This document shows positions 11,101 to 20,873 of a DNA stretch of 64,000 bases, piece after piece; the first letter of the stretch is position 1; each line of letters begins with the position of its first letter. Origin of the DNA: Clostridiales bacterium (GTDB lineage: Bacteria; Bacillota; Clostridia; Oscillospirales; Acutalibacteraceae); assembly GCA_024690965.1 (NCBI GenBank), contig JAILOG010000016.1, forward strand, positions 204,410 through 268,409, written 5' to 3'. The notes beneath the pieces are model-generated. The model searched no databases. It was given only the letters and a program-made list of their open reading frames with translations, and had not been told where the DNA came from. A program made the translations under genes and the position numbers.

Positions 11101-11144
11101 TAAAAAACAGCACCGAAAATATTATTTGATATTCTCGGCGCTGT
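11101..11144 (-). terminator. Intrinsic terminator overlapping the trmO stop codon
   Basis: Stem 16 bp: acagcaccgaaaatat / atattctcggcgctgt with 2 mismatches. Loop 6 nt, followed on the minus strand by a U6 run. One arm lies inside the last codons of trmO. Confidence 0.6.
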
Positions 11145-11814
11145 CTTTTACAACATCTGTGACTGTTAATATGTTTTCTTTTACGGTAAAGCGGATATCA
11201 TATTTATCAAAACGCAGTCCGTATACAAAATCTTCTTTTTTATTAAACGCTGCTCTGGGGTCTTGGGCGAGCAGGTCAACTACGCTTTGTCTGAGTTCTT
11301 CCGGTATTAAATCTAACAGTTCCGCGGGGAAATTAATGTCTATCAGATCGGTTGGCTCTGAGTATCCCCCCTGTGCGTCTGCGTGGCAGTCTGTGTATGC
11401 AATATAAGGCTTTATGTCATATATAGGGGTACCGTCAAGAATATCGGCTCCCGATACAATAAGCTCCGTATTACTTTCCGATATTTCTATTTTTTCAAGC
11501 TTAACGCTTGACATACCTATGCCGTTTGGACGGTAAGGCGACCGTGTCGCAAAAACGCCCTTTTTGATTTTACCGCCCAGTCGAGGAGGAAAAACAGTCA
11601 GCTTTCCGCTGTACTCCGCCTCACTAAATCCCCACAACAGCCAAATATGAGAAAAGCTTTCCAAGCCCTTTACCGCGTCGGGATTATTGTATTTACTCTC
11701 AAATACTATGCGTGCAGTAAGGGAAGGAATAAGTCCGCTTTGTCTCGGTATTCCGAATTTTTGAGAAAACCCGGTATAAATGTACGCTATCGGTTCAATC
11801 GTTTTCTTTTTCAT
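11122..11814 (-). CDS. trmO: tRNA (adenine37-N6)-methyltransferase TrmO/TsaA (YaeB family)
   Basis: YaeB-family signature: IAYIYTGF..FGIPRQSG, SHIWLLW, RPNGIGMS, DGTPIYDIKPY. Confidence 0.8.
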   Translation of the reverse strand: MKKKTIEPIAYIYTGFSQKFGIPRQSGLIPSLTARIVFESKYNNPDAVKGLESFSHIWLLWGFSEAEYSGKLTVFPPRLGGKIKKGVFATRSPYRPNGIGMSSVKLEKIEISESNTELIVSGADILDGTPIYDIKPYIAYTDCHADAQGGYSEPTDLIDINFPAELLDLIPEELRQSVVDLLAQDPRAAFNKKEDFVYGLRFDKYDIRFTVKENILTVTDVVKDSAENIK

Positions 11815-11831
11815 ATTCTATTTAATGTAAA

Positions 11832-12770
11832 TCACGGTGTAACAACTTCATTTTCAGGCTTTTCGGAAAGTTCTATGTCTTTAACGTATAACACGGGTCC
11901 CGGCTCTCCGTACGCTTTGTGATTTTCAATTCTGATTTCAGCAGTTATCTGCACCCAATCGCGCATTTTAAGCTCCATTGTTTTTTCCCATTTACAAGGC
12001 ATTCCGATATATGTTATATCGGCGGCGCAACAGTTCATAACGTGCCTTCCTATTATAAAATCATCGCCCAATTCTTTTTTGTTTATGGCAACCAATCCCT
12101 TAAAATTAACTGTTTTGCCGTTATATTTCTGCTCGTCGTCTATCATATCGGCATACCAAACGGCGTAGTCATCGTCTTTTATCTTTATGATATCTGCGTT
12201 AATATCAAACGGGAGCGGGTCGATAATATCATCCTGGACAAGTTTGCCGCTTTTATACTCATAAGCTATGGCAATTCCGCGCGAAGCGCTTCTCGCTATT
12301 TTGTGAAGTGCCATTTTATCTATATCGTCACTAAATCTGTTAAATATTATAAACTCGCTGTTTTGCAGTTTATCGTATACCAAATTTCGCATATTTGCGT
12401 TATAGGTCAGAAAAGTAGTGGCATCGGCTGTCATCATCTGTTGATATACTATCCAACCCATCGGCATTGCGCTCAAAAATTTATCAAGCAGCCACATACC
12501 GTTATACTCTACTATAACTCTCTCCGCATTGTATTTTTTACGAAGCTTATTAAGCAAAGATGTTGTTATTTGCTCTTCATCTTCTATTACATAAGGAAAA
12601 ATATTTTTACCGGGGAGACTTTCTATATCAAGCTCCTCTATTCCCTCCTCGCAAATGAGATAAAGCGTGTTTTCTCCCGAATTAAAATCGCTGTATTCAA
12701 GTGATTTTTGAATAAACGACGTTTTTCCCGATTCAAGAAAGCCTACAAATAAATATACCGGAATTTCCAT
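11832..12770 (-). CDS. COG0523/CobW-like G3E GTPase paralog. Walker A present, CxCC metal motif absent
   Basis: MEIPVYLFVGFLESGKTSF P-loop with a CobW-C-like tail. Lacks the canonical GCICC motif. SD AAAGGGGGAA. Immediately downstream of the His-rich COG0523 gene. Confidence 0.65.
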   Translation of the reverse strand: MEIPVYLFVGFLESGKTSFIQKSLEYSDFNSGENTLYLICEEGIEELDIESLPGKNIFPYVIEDEEQITTSLLNKLRKKYNAERVIVEYNGMWLLDKFLSAMPMGWIVYQQMMTADATTFLTYNANMRNLVYDKLQNSEFIIFNRFSDDIDKMALHKIARSASRGIAIAYEYKSGKLVQDDIIDPLPFDINADIIKIKDDDYAVWYADMIDDEQKYNGKTVNFKGLVAINKKELGDDFIIGRHVMNCCAADITYIGMPCKWEKTMELKMRDWVQITAEIRIENHKAYGEPGPVLYVKDIELSEKPENEVVTP

Positions 12771-12799
12771 AATAATTCCCCCTTTAAGTCACAAGTGCT

Positions 12800-13912
12800 T
12801 TAAATATCAAGAAGCTTCTTAATTTCATCTTTATGAATTTTAGAGCCAATTACGCATATTCTGCCTATGGCGGCTGCCGCACCCGTTCTGATATTTATAT
12901 CGCCGGGAATATAATCAAAGTGTATCCACTCGCCGCCTTTTCCGCTTACAATACCCTTTGCGCGTATCACCATACCGTATTTTTCACTGCTGTCAAATTC
13001 ACTTAAAGCGGCTTTAAGCAACTCATAATCAAAGCTTTTTGCGGTTTCAATGCCCCAACTGTCAAAAATTTCATCAGCATCGTGGTGATGGTGATGCTCA
13101 CCGTTATGGTGGTGCCCGCAACATTCATGGTGTTCATCATCGTGGTGATGATGTTCACCGTGACACTCATGGTGTTCACCGTCATGGTGGCGCCCGCAAC
13201 ATTCATGGTGTTCGTCATCGTGGTGACGATGTTCACCGTGGCACTCATGGTGTTCATCGTCATGGTGGTGATGATGCCCGTTCTCTTTGGAGAGCTTTTC
13301 TATTTCTGTTTCCAAAGTATCTCTTCCCGTAACAGCGTCTATTATCTGAACGCCTGTAAGCTTGTCCCAATCGGTAGATACTATATGAACATTTGGGTTA
13401 ATCTCTCTTAAAAGCTTTATTGATTCGCTTAATTTCTCCTCTTTGATATTGCCCGTATGACTCAGTATTACACAACCCGCGCTTTCAATCTGATTTTTAT
13501 AGAATTCGCCGAAATTTTTGATATACATTTTGCAACGGTTTGCGTCGGCGACAGTTACAAGACTCTCTATCTCAAGCCTGTCATTATGAACATCGAGAAC
13601 TGCTTTTACAACGTCACTGAGTTTTCCAACGCCCGAAGGCTCAATTATGATTCTGTCGGGTGCGTAATCATCTAAAACCTTGGTAAGTGCCTTGCCGAAA
13701 TCGCCTACCAAACTGCAGCAGATGCAGCCCGAATTCATTTCTGTTATCTGAACGCCCGCTTCCTGCAAAAAGCCGCCGTCTATGCCTATTTCTCCGAATT
13801 CGTTTTCGATAATAACTATTTTTTCTCCGCTGTAAGCCTCTTTAACAAGTTTTTTTATCAGTGTGGTTTTTCCGGCACCCAAAAATCCCGAAATAATATT
13901 TACCTTTGCCAT
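12800..13912 (-). CDS. COG0523 zinc metallochaperone GTPase (ZigA/YciC/CobW family) with His-rich insert
   Basis: GFLGAGKTTL P-loop and CICCS (CxCC) motif. 26-aa His/Cys/Asp/Glu-rich tandem repeat (HHECHGEH.HHDDEHHECCGRHHDGE). C-terminal CobW_C. Confidence 0.85.
   Translation of the reverse strand: MAKVNIISGFLGAGKTTLIKKLVKEAYSGEKIVIIENEFGEIGIDGGFLQEAGVQITEMNSGCICCSLVGDFGKALTKVLDDYAPDRIIIEPSGVGKLSDVVKAVLDVHNDRLEIESLVTVADANRCKMYIKNFGEFYKNQIESAGCVILSHTGNIKEEKLSESIKLLREINPNVHIVSTDWDKLTGVQIIDAVTGRDTLETEIEKLSKENGHHHHHDDEHHECHGEHRHHDDEHHECCGRHHDGEHHECHGEHHHHDDEHHECCGHHHNGEHHHHHDADEIFDSWGIETAKSFDYELLKAALSEFDSSEKYGMVIRAKGIVSGKGGEWIHFDYIPGDINIRTGAAAAIGRICVIGSKIHKDEIKKLLDI
13081..13280. repeat. 78-bp tandem DNA repeat (about 2.3 copies) encoding the His-rich segment
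   Basis: Units 13101-13178 and 13179-13256 are nearly identical (a few substitutions), with partial copies on either side. Confidence 0.8.
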
Positions 13913-13932
13913 ATTTATCGACCTCTTTTAAC

Positions 13933-14190
13933 TTATTTATTTTGACCGTCCAAAGCGAGCTGCACAGCATTTGCAAGCTGATCGGGACAGGATGTGTTTT
14001 TATACCCGCATTTTATGCCTTTCAGACGCTTAATAAGCTCGTCGGCAGGCATATTTTCCACCAAAGCCGAAACACCTTTTCCGTTTCCGTTGCAACCGCC
14101 GTTAAATTTGACGTTATGAATAATATTGTCAGTTAGTTCGAACTCTATGCTCTTTGAACACGTTCCTGTTGTTTTGTAATTGTATTTCAT
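13933..14190 (-). CDS. TSCPD-domain protein (small 4-Cys protein, TIGR03905-like)
   Basis: 85 aa with the eponymous motif KNTSCPDQLA plus C11, C33 and C61. SD GCGGAGGA. Confidence 0.72.
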   Translation of the reverse strand: MKYNYKTTGTCSKSIEFELTDNIIHNVKFNGGCNGNGKGVSALVENMPADELIKRLKGIKCGYKNTSCPDQLANAVQLALDGQNK

Positions 14191-14206
14191 TACATATCCT
14201 CCGCAA

Positions 14207-14452
14207 TCAATTATTTATTAATTTATACATAAGAGGGGCGTCCTCTTTTCTTACAACTTCATTAACAGCCACAATTTCCGCCTTAACGGTTTTCGCGCCC
14301 ATTGTTATTTCAAGAATATCCCCCACTTTAACATCGTAAGACGCTTTTGCGGGCTTATTATTTACGGTAACCTTTCCCGCGTCGCAGGCATCGTTTGCTA
14401 CAGTTCTGCGCTTAATTATTCTTGAAACCTTTAAAAATTTATCTAATCTCAT
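14207..14452 (-). CDS. yabO: S4-domain RNA-binding protein (YabO/Hsp15-like)
   Basis: MRLDKFLKVSRIIKRRTVA... S4 fold. 81 aa. Conserved position next to mazG/hbs, as in Bacillus yabMNO. Confidence 0.8.
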   Translation of the reverse strand: MRLDKFLKVSRIIKRRTVANDACDAGKVTVNNKPAKASYDVKVGDILEITMGAKTVKAEIVAVNEVVRKEDAPLMYKLINN

Positions 14453-14556
14453 AAGAATTACTTCCTTTCATAAATACAGTTTGTCTTAACAAAAAACGAG
14501 GTGTAAAAAATTAGGGACGAGAGTATTCCCCCCGCCCCCGATAGGTATAAATTGAA

Positions 14557-14832
14557 TTACTTATTTACAGCGTCTTTAAGAGCCTTACCTGCTTTGAAAG
14601 CGGGAACCTTAGATGCAGCGATCTTGATCTTCTCTTTTGTTCTGGGGTTGCTGCCCATTCTTGCTGCGCGTACTCTCTGCTCAAATACGCCAAAGCCGGC
14701 TATAGAAACCTTTTCGCCTGCTGCGAGTGTGTCTGTGATTGTTGCGAACATAGCGTTAACAACTTTCTCTGCTTCCTTCTTGGAAACCTCGCTCTTTTGA
14801 GCAACTGCTGCTACCAAATCTGACTTGTTCAT
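14557..14832 (-). CDS. hup: DNA-binding protein HU
   Basis: [11 protein letters not shown]...[44 protein letters not shown]. 91 aa. Its SD CGGAGGT overlaps the mazG stop. Confidence 0.95.
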   Translation of the reverse strand: MNKSDLVAAVAQKSEVSKKEAEKVVNAMFATITDTLAAGEKVSIAGFGVFEQRVRAARMGSNPRTKEKIKIAASKVPAFKAGKALKDAVNK

Positions 14833-14839
14833 AATTTTT

Positions 14840-15658
14840 TTACCTCCGTTTTTCGTCGTTAAGACAATTTATTTTGACTTCTTCCCATAGGGAATCAAGT
14901 TCAGACATATTTAATTCGCTGAGAGCCGCCCCCCTTTGCGCGGCAAGCTCCTCGCAAGCTTTAAATCGTTTTATGAAGCGATTTGTGGCTTTTTGCAATG
15001 CCTCTTCTGCATCGCAATTAATAAAGCGCGACACATTGACCGCAGCAAAAATCAGATCTCCCAATTCATCAAAGGCTCTGTCTTTGTTATCCGCGGTTAT
15101 TTCTGCCTTAAGCTCGTCGGCTTCTTCGTAAACCTTTTTTAAGGCGTCTTCGGCTCCCGTAAAATCGTAACCTGCTTTAGAAGCTTTCTTCTGCACCTTA
15201 CGCGCGTAAGTTAAAGACGGAAGTGCTTTACAAATGCCGTCTATCGCCTGACTGTACGTTTCCTGATGCTTTGTCTGCATCTTTATTTCGTCCCATCTGT
15301 CAAGCACTCGGTCCGCGCTGTCCGCATGTTCCGCGCCGAAAATATGAGGATGTCGTACTATTAGCTTTTTACAAATGCCGTCTGCCACATCGTCGATATT
15401 AAAAACGTCTTTTTCATTTTCCATCTGAGCGTGAAAAACGACCTGTAACAACACATCTCCGAGTTCTTCTTTCAGAAGTTCTGTATTGTTATTGTCTATC
15501 GCTTCACAAACCTCATATGTCTCCTCAAGAAAATTATTTCTGATGCTTTGGTGAGTCTGCACCTTATCCCAAGGACAACCGTCCGGCATACGCAGACGTT
15601 TAACTATGTCTACCAAATCATAAAAATTATAACTTTCCTTGAATTTAAAATCGACCAT
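14840..15658 (-). CDS. mazG: Nucleoside triphosphate pyrophosphohydrolase MazG (YabN-like, tandem MazG domains)
   Basis: 272 aa. Two MazG EExxE-type helices ([12 protein letters not shown]; [12 protein letters not shown]). Confidence 0.88.
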   Translation of the reverse strand: MVDFKFKESYNFYDLVDIVKRLRMPDGCPWDKVQTHQSIRNNFLEETYEVCEAIDNNNTELLKEELGDVLLQVVFHAQMENEKDVFNIDDVADGICKKLIVRHPHIFGAEHADSADRVLDRWDEIKMQTKHQETYSQAIDGICKALPSLTYARKVQKKASKAGYDFTGAEDALKKVYEEADELKAEITADNKDRAFDELGDLIFAAVNVSRFINCDAEEALQKATNRFIKRFKACEELAAQRGAALSELNMSELDSLWEEVKINCLNDEKRR

Positions 15659-15689
15659 TTTTTTCTATCTCCCAAAGGCAAGTACTATT

Positions 15690-17453
15690 TTAACCTATAA
15701 GTCTGTATTTTTCAAGTGTTTTTGCAATTTTATTTCCTTTTGGCAGCAATAAAATATCATTTTTTGTAATGCCTTTAACGATTAGCATAAAAATTATATA
15801 AATAATTGCCGCAATTATGATAGAAATGACAGTAGCCACCTTATCCGATATCAAAGCGCCAAGTCCTTTTTGAGCAAAAAACGCGGCAGTAACACATACA
15901 GAAGCACATATAACGGGTTTAACAAGTATCATATTAAAGTCGGGCATAATATTTGTTTCTCTGCAAAGCACATACATTGCAGCAAAGCAGACAAATATAT
16001 AGGCAACAAGCGTACCGATGGCGGCGCCAATAATATTCAGCTGCGGTATAATTATAAGCGTGTAGTTCATCGTTATGTTGATAACGGTAGCGCCTATAAA
16101 AAGTTTAAGCGGAACATCCGCACGGTTTACCGCCTGCAGCATACTGCATATAGGTGTGCTTGTGGCAACAAATATAACGGTTATTCCAAGCACTTGCAGT
16201 GCTTTTGCCGCAATAACAACCTCGCACTCAACATTGGGGCTGCTGTACAAAAGGCTGAGTATAGGTCTTGACAACACGGTCATACCCAAGCCGCAGGGAA
16301 TGGTTACCATTGTTGTTACCCTTAAAACGGTTTCAATCTCCTGTTTTAACAGAGATCTGCTGCCTTTAACAAATGCTGCCGTAACATTCGGCAGCGCGCT
16401 TGTGCCGAAAACCTGCGTAATTGCCGTTACAAGCATCATTATTGTAAGAGAATACGAATAGCACCCCGACAAATATTTGTGTATGTTGCCGTTTTCAATA
16501 ACATTTTCATAAATAAGCCCGTCGTACATCTTCAAAAGGCAATTAAGCGAGTCCGGGTCTTTCGAAATATCGTTTACTCTTATCAAAATAAGCGAAGAAT
16601 CTATTGAACCGGCAATACTCATAATAATCGCACCCAGACCAACGGGAATCGCTATCTTAACGAGCGTGCGAAGTATTTCTTTTCCGCGCCGAGGCTCAGG
16701 TGAGTCTGAAAGCAGGCTTTTTCTCACTCTGCCCCTTCTGCGGTACATTATATACACATACATAAAACTCAAAAAAGAGCCTACGGTTATTCCCAAAATC
16801 GCCGCCGCAACGGTGTAAGATATAATAACCTCCTGCGCGCTGTCAGAGTTAAGACTTTTTCCTATAACAGTGCCGAAAAGGGTGAATTCCTCGTTGAGCT
16901 TAACTTGAACATAATAAGCGAGTGAAAGCCCGAACACAAGCTTTGAAAGCGCCTCTATTACTTCTGACACCGCGGTTGGGAGCATATTTCTCTGCCCCTC
17001 AAAATATCCCCTGTAAACAGACACCAGGCAACCGAAGAAAATCGTAGGCGCAAGGCATATTATCGCGGGCAGGGCATCTTCACAGTCTATCCATTTTACA
17101 TAAAACGCGGATGCGCCCACCATAAGCAAAAAGCAAACAATGCCCGCGAGCAAAAAAAACGGCAACGCGATTTTATATATTTTCTTTACGTCACGGTAGC
17201 GCTCAAGCGCCATACTTTCGCTTATCATACGTGACATTGCAATGGGAAAGCCTGCCGTTGCCAATGTATACAACGGTATGTACAACTCATACGCCGCGGT
17301 AAAAAGGCCGTTTCCTACGCCGCCCAAAAAATTGGCAAGAACAATCTTATAGATCATTCCTATAATTTTTACAATTATAACGCTTACAGCCAAAACAGCG
17401 GCGCCTGTGATAAATGAGCTTTTATTTTCAACCGAACCGTTTTGCTTTTTCAA
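15690..17453 (-). CDS. MOP-superfamily polysaccharide/lipid-II flippase-like protein (stage V sporulation protein B / YabM-like)
   Basis: 587 aa, at least 12 predicted TM helices. MATE/MurJ-like topology. Position upstream of mazG-hbs-yabO. TTG start. Confidence 0.75.
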   Translation of the reverse strand: MKKQNGSVENKSSFITGAAVLAVSVIIVKIIGMIYKIVLANFLGGVGNGLFTAAYELYIPLYTLATAGFPIAMSRMISESMALERYRDVKKIYKIALPFFLLAGIVCFLLMVGASAFYVKWIDCEDALPAIICLAPTIFFGCLVSVYRGYFEGQRNMLPTAVSEVIEALSKLVFGLSLAYYVQVKLNEEFTLFGTVIGKSLNSDSAQEVIISYTVAAAILGITVGSFLSFMYVYIMYRRRGRVRKSLLSDSPEPRRGKEILRTLVKIAIPVGLGAIIMSIAGSIDSSLILIRVNDISKDPDSLNCLLKMYDGLIYENVIENGNIHKYLSGCYSYSLTIMMLVTAITQVFGTSALPNVTAAFVKGSRSLLKQEIETVLRVTTMVTIPCGLGMTVLSRPILSLLYSSPNVECEVVIAAKALQVLGITVIFVATSTPICSMLQAVNRADVPLKLFIGATVINITMNYTLIIIPQLNIIGAAIGTLVAYIFVCFAAMYVLCRETNIMPDFNMILVKPVICASVCVTAAFFAQKGLGALISDKVATVISIIIAAIIYIIFMLIVKGITKNDILLLPKGNKIAKTLEKYRLIG

Positions 17454-17477
17454 TGTTTCACCAGCCTGACAAATCTA

Positions 17478-17837
17478 TCACTTTAACTTACTTCCGCATT
17501 TTTTACAATATATGCTGTCGTGAGAGCAGCTTTGACCGCAAACGGGGCATTTTATGCTGCCCTTTGCCTTATCTATAAGCTTCAATGTCATAGAAAGCTG
17601 ATTTGAAAGCTCGTCAAGTTTTGCTGTTTCTGATTCATGTCCGTCTCTTGCAAGCTCGCCGTTTTTTATCATCTTATACATATCTTTTCCCAAAGATTCG
17701 TAAATACGCTTCATATCTCCGCGTATGGAAACAGCCTGAAGCTTAAGCTTTGTTATGTCTGCCGTTTCGCCTATTTTTTTGCCTGCCGCCTGAGCAGCGT
17801 TTCTTGCGTTTTCCATTACATCGTCAAAAGTTCCCAT
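17478..17837 (-). CDS. Small coiled-coil protein with a C-terminal zinc ribbon
   Basis: 119 aa. C-terminus CPVCGQSCSHDSIYCKKCGSKLK. Strong SD CAGGAGGA 7 nt upstream. Confidence 0.6.
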   Translation of the reverse strand: MGTFDDVMENARNAAQAAGKKIGETADITKLKLQAVSIRGDMKRIYESLGKDMYKMIKNGELARDGHESETAKLDELSNQLSMTLKLIDKAKGSIKCPVCGQSCSHDSIYCKKCGSKLK

Positions 17838-17881
17838 AAAAAGATCCTCCTGTTTTTTTATATATTCTTATTTTATGTTAT

Positions 17882-18841
17882 TTATGAATTATATTTACCG
17901 TTTCCCAAAAACTCTCTTAAAAGAGAATCATAAGGAACATCGGTACATTCCATAAGTTTAAAGTATTTCAGTTTATCAAGTAAATCGGCAGCCATTTTAT
18001 AATATGCAGAATCATCTTCTACCATATTCAGCAGCGTGTACGCCTGTTTGCCGGTCATACAAACCTCATATGGGTGCAGTGTGCTGATATAATAATCGCT
18101 TACCGATATAAAAGGGTCTATATATACACTCTCAGCCTCCACAACACTGTTCCACATACTGAGTGTAAGACAGGGCGACGCCTCTCTGAATTTATAATCA
18201 CGCACCAATCTTCTTATAAGCCTTAAGCTGCGCTCGTTGAATATAACGTCGCCGTTTTTTTCAAGACTTCCGCCGGGAGAAATAAACACCTTTACTATAC
18301 CTTCTAATCCCAATCCGTCTGTAAACAGCGGATTAAGCGCGTGCAAGCCTTCTATGATTATAAGGTCATTTTTACCGAGCGTTACGGTCTTAAAATTGTC
18401 TATACGGGAGCTCGGTCCGAAAAGGTATTTGGGTATTGAGCACTCACCGTCGGCGAAAAGCTTTACAAGAGTCTTTCTCACAAGCGGGATATCTATTGCA
18501 TGAACGGACTCGTAATCACGCTTTCCGTTTTCGTCAACGGGAGCCAGATCTCCGGGCAAATAAAAATCATCTATTGAAAGCACAGTAGTATTAAGCCCGT
18601 ATTCTCTTAAATTATCGGCAAGAATATTAGCGGTAGTCGTTTTGCCGCTTGCCGAAGGTCCCGCGAGCATTATAATTTTGCAGGCATTTTTACTTACGAT
18701 ATCTTTTGATATTTCTTCTATCTGTGATTTATATTTTTTCTCACATTTGGCAATATATTCGTTACAGTCATTTAGCATCAGCTCGTTTATTTCGGAAATG
18801 CTGTAATTGATATCAGGTATTTCACATTTTGTATTGCTCAT
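17882..18841 (-). CDS. P-loop nucleoside/uridine-kinase-family protein
   Basis: Walker A IIMLAGPSASGKTTTA. PRK/uridine-kinase-like fold. The start is placed at the ATG (MSNTKCEIP) with SD GAGGAG. The track's TTG start lies 30 nt upstream. Confidence 0.65.
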   Translation of the reverse strand: MSNTKCEIPDINYSISEINELMLNDCNEYIAKCEKKYKSQIEEISKDIVSKNACKIIMLAGPSASGKTTTANILADNLREYGLNTTVLSIDDFYLPGDLAPVDENGKRDYESVHAIDIPLVRKTLVKLFADGECSIPKYLFGPSSRIDNFKTVTLGKNDLIIIEGLHALNPLFTDGLGLEGIVKVFISPGGSLEKNGDVIFNERSLRLIRRLVRDYKFREASPCLTLSMWNSVVEAESVYIDPFISVSDYYISTLHPYEVCMTGKQAYTLLNMVEDDSAYYKMAADLLDKLKYFKLMECTDVPYDSLLREFLGNGKYNS

Positions 18842-20276
18842 AAAACTCCTCAATCCTGCCCTTTCTTTCAATTTGTTCGTTATATCTGTCTATATACTCA
18901 TAAGGATATTTAAAGTTGAATATCCTTTCAATTACCCCGTTTTTAGCTTTAAGTTTTGTAACGGCTCCCGCTCCGCAGGCTATTATACTGTGTGTTTCGT
19001 CCATAATGAACACATTGTAATAACAGTCTTTTGAGGGCTTGCACCAGCCTGTATTTTCAAGGTTGCCGAGCATTTTGCTCTGGCGATATAAGTAATAAGG
19101 GTGATATCCGCTTTCCAGCAACCTATTTATGCTGTACTCGACCATATCCGAACATATTTCGGCGTCTTTTTTATATAACCGCATACCGTCGGCAGTAAGA
19201 TAAGACGAACGCTTCATGGAAAGCGTATGCACAGTTATACTCTCCGGAGACAGATCAATCAGGGCGTCTATGGTACTTTTAAAGCTTTCAAAGCTTTCGG
19301 TCGGAAGACCCGCGATAACATCTGTATTAATGTGTGAAAATCCTACCTTTCTGGCAAGATTATAAGCTTCTACCGTTTGCTGCGCGGAATGTTTTCTGCC
19401 TATTTCTTTCAAAACATCGTCATTCATTGTTTGCGGATTTATGCTTATTCTGTCGGCGCCGCCGTTTATTATGGCGTTCAGCTTTTCCTCGGTTATTGTA
19501 TCGGGACGACCTGCTTCAACAGTAAATTCTCTGCAGGCTGATAAATCAAAATTTTTCCTTATGCAGCCTATAAGCTTTGTTAGCTCATGTGCCTCCAAAG
19601 TTGTTGGTGTTCCGCCGCCGATATAAATTGATTCTAATTTTAAATTCAATTTTTTAACTATTTTTGCCGTTTGTGTTATCTCGTCACACAAAAGCTCCAA
19701 ATACGGCGTAATAAGCTTTTTTGCCTGCTTTATTGACTGGCTTACAAACGAACAATAAGAGCATCTTGTGGGACAAAACGGTATGGAAACATAAAGCGAG
19801 AAGGAATTGTCTTTTGAAACATTCAGTATTTTTCTCTCATGGCTTTCGGTAAGCGCCGCGAGCTTGATTTTGTTTTCACTCACAAAAAGCTCTTCTTTAA
19901 AATATTGCTTCGCGAAATCCGCGCCTTTTTCATCTGAAAGCTTTCTGAAAAGCTTTATGGGCCTTACTCCCGTAAGTATCCCCCACGGCTGAGATATGCC
20001 CGTATAGTCGCACAAGGCGCGATAAAGACACTGCTCCAGCCTTAATTCCGCATCATCGTTTTCATTAATGGTATTATCGTATATAAATAAATTACCGTCA
20101 GCGCTGCAAATTCCTGCTTTTACGGATGATTTGTCAGCATATGTAAATATGTAAGGCAGGATATCTTCATTATATGAATCCGAATTAATTATTTCAAGCT
20201 TTTCGTTAGGGAAAAAAGCCCTGCATAAATTTTCCGTTTCATAACGGTAATTATGATTGTTAAGGTATATTAACAT
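18822..20276 (-). CDS. Radical SAM coproporphyrinogen-III oxidase-like protein (HemN/HemZ family)
   Basis: CPTRCSYCSF radical-SAM cluster motif. GGGTPT. HemN C-domain. 484 aa. Confidence 0.85.
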   Translation of the reverse strand: MLIYLNNHNYRYETENLCRAFFPNEKLEIINSDSYNEDILPYIFTYADKSSVKAGICSADGNLFIYDNTINENDDAELRLEQCLYRALCDYTGISQPWGILTGVRPIKLFRKLSDEKGADFAKQYFKEELFVSENKIKLAALTESHERKILNVSKDNSFSLYVSIPFCPTRCSYCSFVSQSIKQAKKLITPYLELLCDEITQTAKIVKKLNLKLESIYIGGGTPTTLEAHELTKLIGCIRKNFDLSACREFTVEAGRPDTITEEKLNAIINGGADRISINPQTMNDDVLKEIGRKHSAQQTVEAYNLARKVGFSHINTDVIAGLPTESFESFKSTIDALIDLSPESITVHTLSMKRSSYLTADGMRLYKKDAEICSDMVEYSINRLLESGYHPYYLYRQSKMLGNLENTGWCKPSKDCYYNVFIMDETHSIIACGAGAVTKLKAKNGVIERIFNFKYPYEYIDRYNEQIERKGRIEEFYEQYKM

Positions 20277-20863
20277 ATTACGGTTCTTTCTCCATGACCG
20301 GGATAAATAGTATACCCCTTGTATTTATAGAGCATCTCAAGCGAATTCTGCAACTGTGACGGGTCTCCTGTGGGAAGGTCTGTCCTGCCGAAGCCCATGG
20401 AAAACATTGTATCTCCCGTAAAAATAACATTGCCGTCACAAAAATAGCATCCGCTGCCTATTGTGTGACCGGGTGTTAATTTAAATGTAATCTCACTTTC
20501 CCCCACCATTATAGTTTGCCCGTCTTTCAAAAGCAAGTCCGGTTTAAACGGATTCATTTCACATCCGAACAGATTTGAAAGGTTCAATGTATTATTCGAG
20601 GTGAATTCTTCTTCCTCTTCCGATATGACAATTCTTGCACCGTATTTATTTCTGTAATGCTCAGCGGCGCAAATATGGTCGAAATGTCCGTGAGTAAGCA
20701 AAATGTATTCAACTTCCGCATTGTTCTCCGCAATATAAGCATCCATTTCTTTACAAACGCCGCCACAGTCTATCATGGCGTATTTTTTGGTGGCCGCGTC
20801 GCGTATTAAATATATATTTGACGCTATTGTCGGTGATTCAAATTTTTTTATCAGGTCAAGCAC
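20270..20863 (-). CDS. MBL-fold metallo-hydrolase (glyoxalase II-like)
   Basis: LTHGHFDH zinc motif. 197 aa. Confidence 0.85.
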   Translation of the reverse strand: MLDLIKKFESPTIASNIYLIRDAATKKYAMIDCGGVCKEMDAYIAENNAEVEYILLTHGHFDHICAAEHYRNKYGARIVISEEEEEFTSNNTLNLSNLFGCEMNPFKPDLLLKDGQTIMVGESEITFKLTPGHTIGSGCYFCDGNVIFTGDTMFSMGFGRTDLPTGDPSQLQNSLEMLYKYKGYTIYPGHGERTVIC

Positions 20864-20873
20864 TCATTACACC

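Noticed and set aside
11919-12704. 261-aa plus-strand ORF antisense to the COG0523 paralog
   Set aside because: Low-complexity, Phe/Ile/Tyr-rich translation with no start context. It lies entirely inside a well-supported minus-strand gene. The same reasoning applies to the other long antisense ORFs in the track (375..824, 9684..10121, 13039..13411, 24026..24607, 26171..26647, 39421..40005, 61310..61837).
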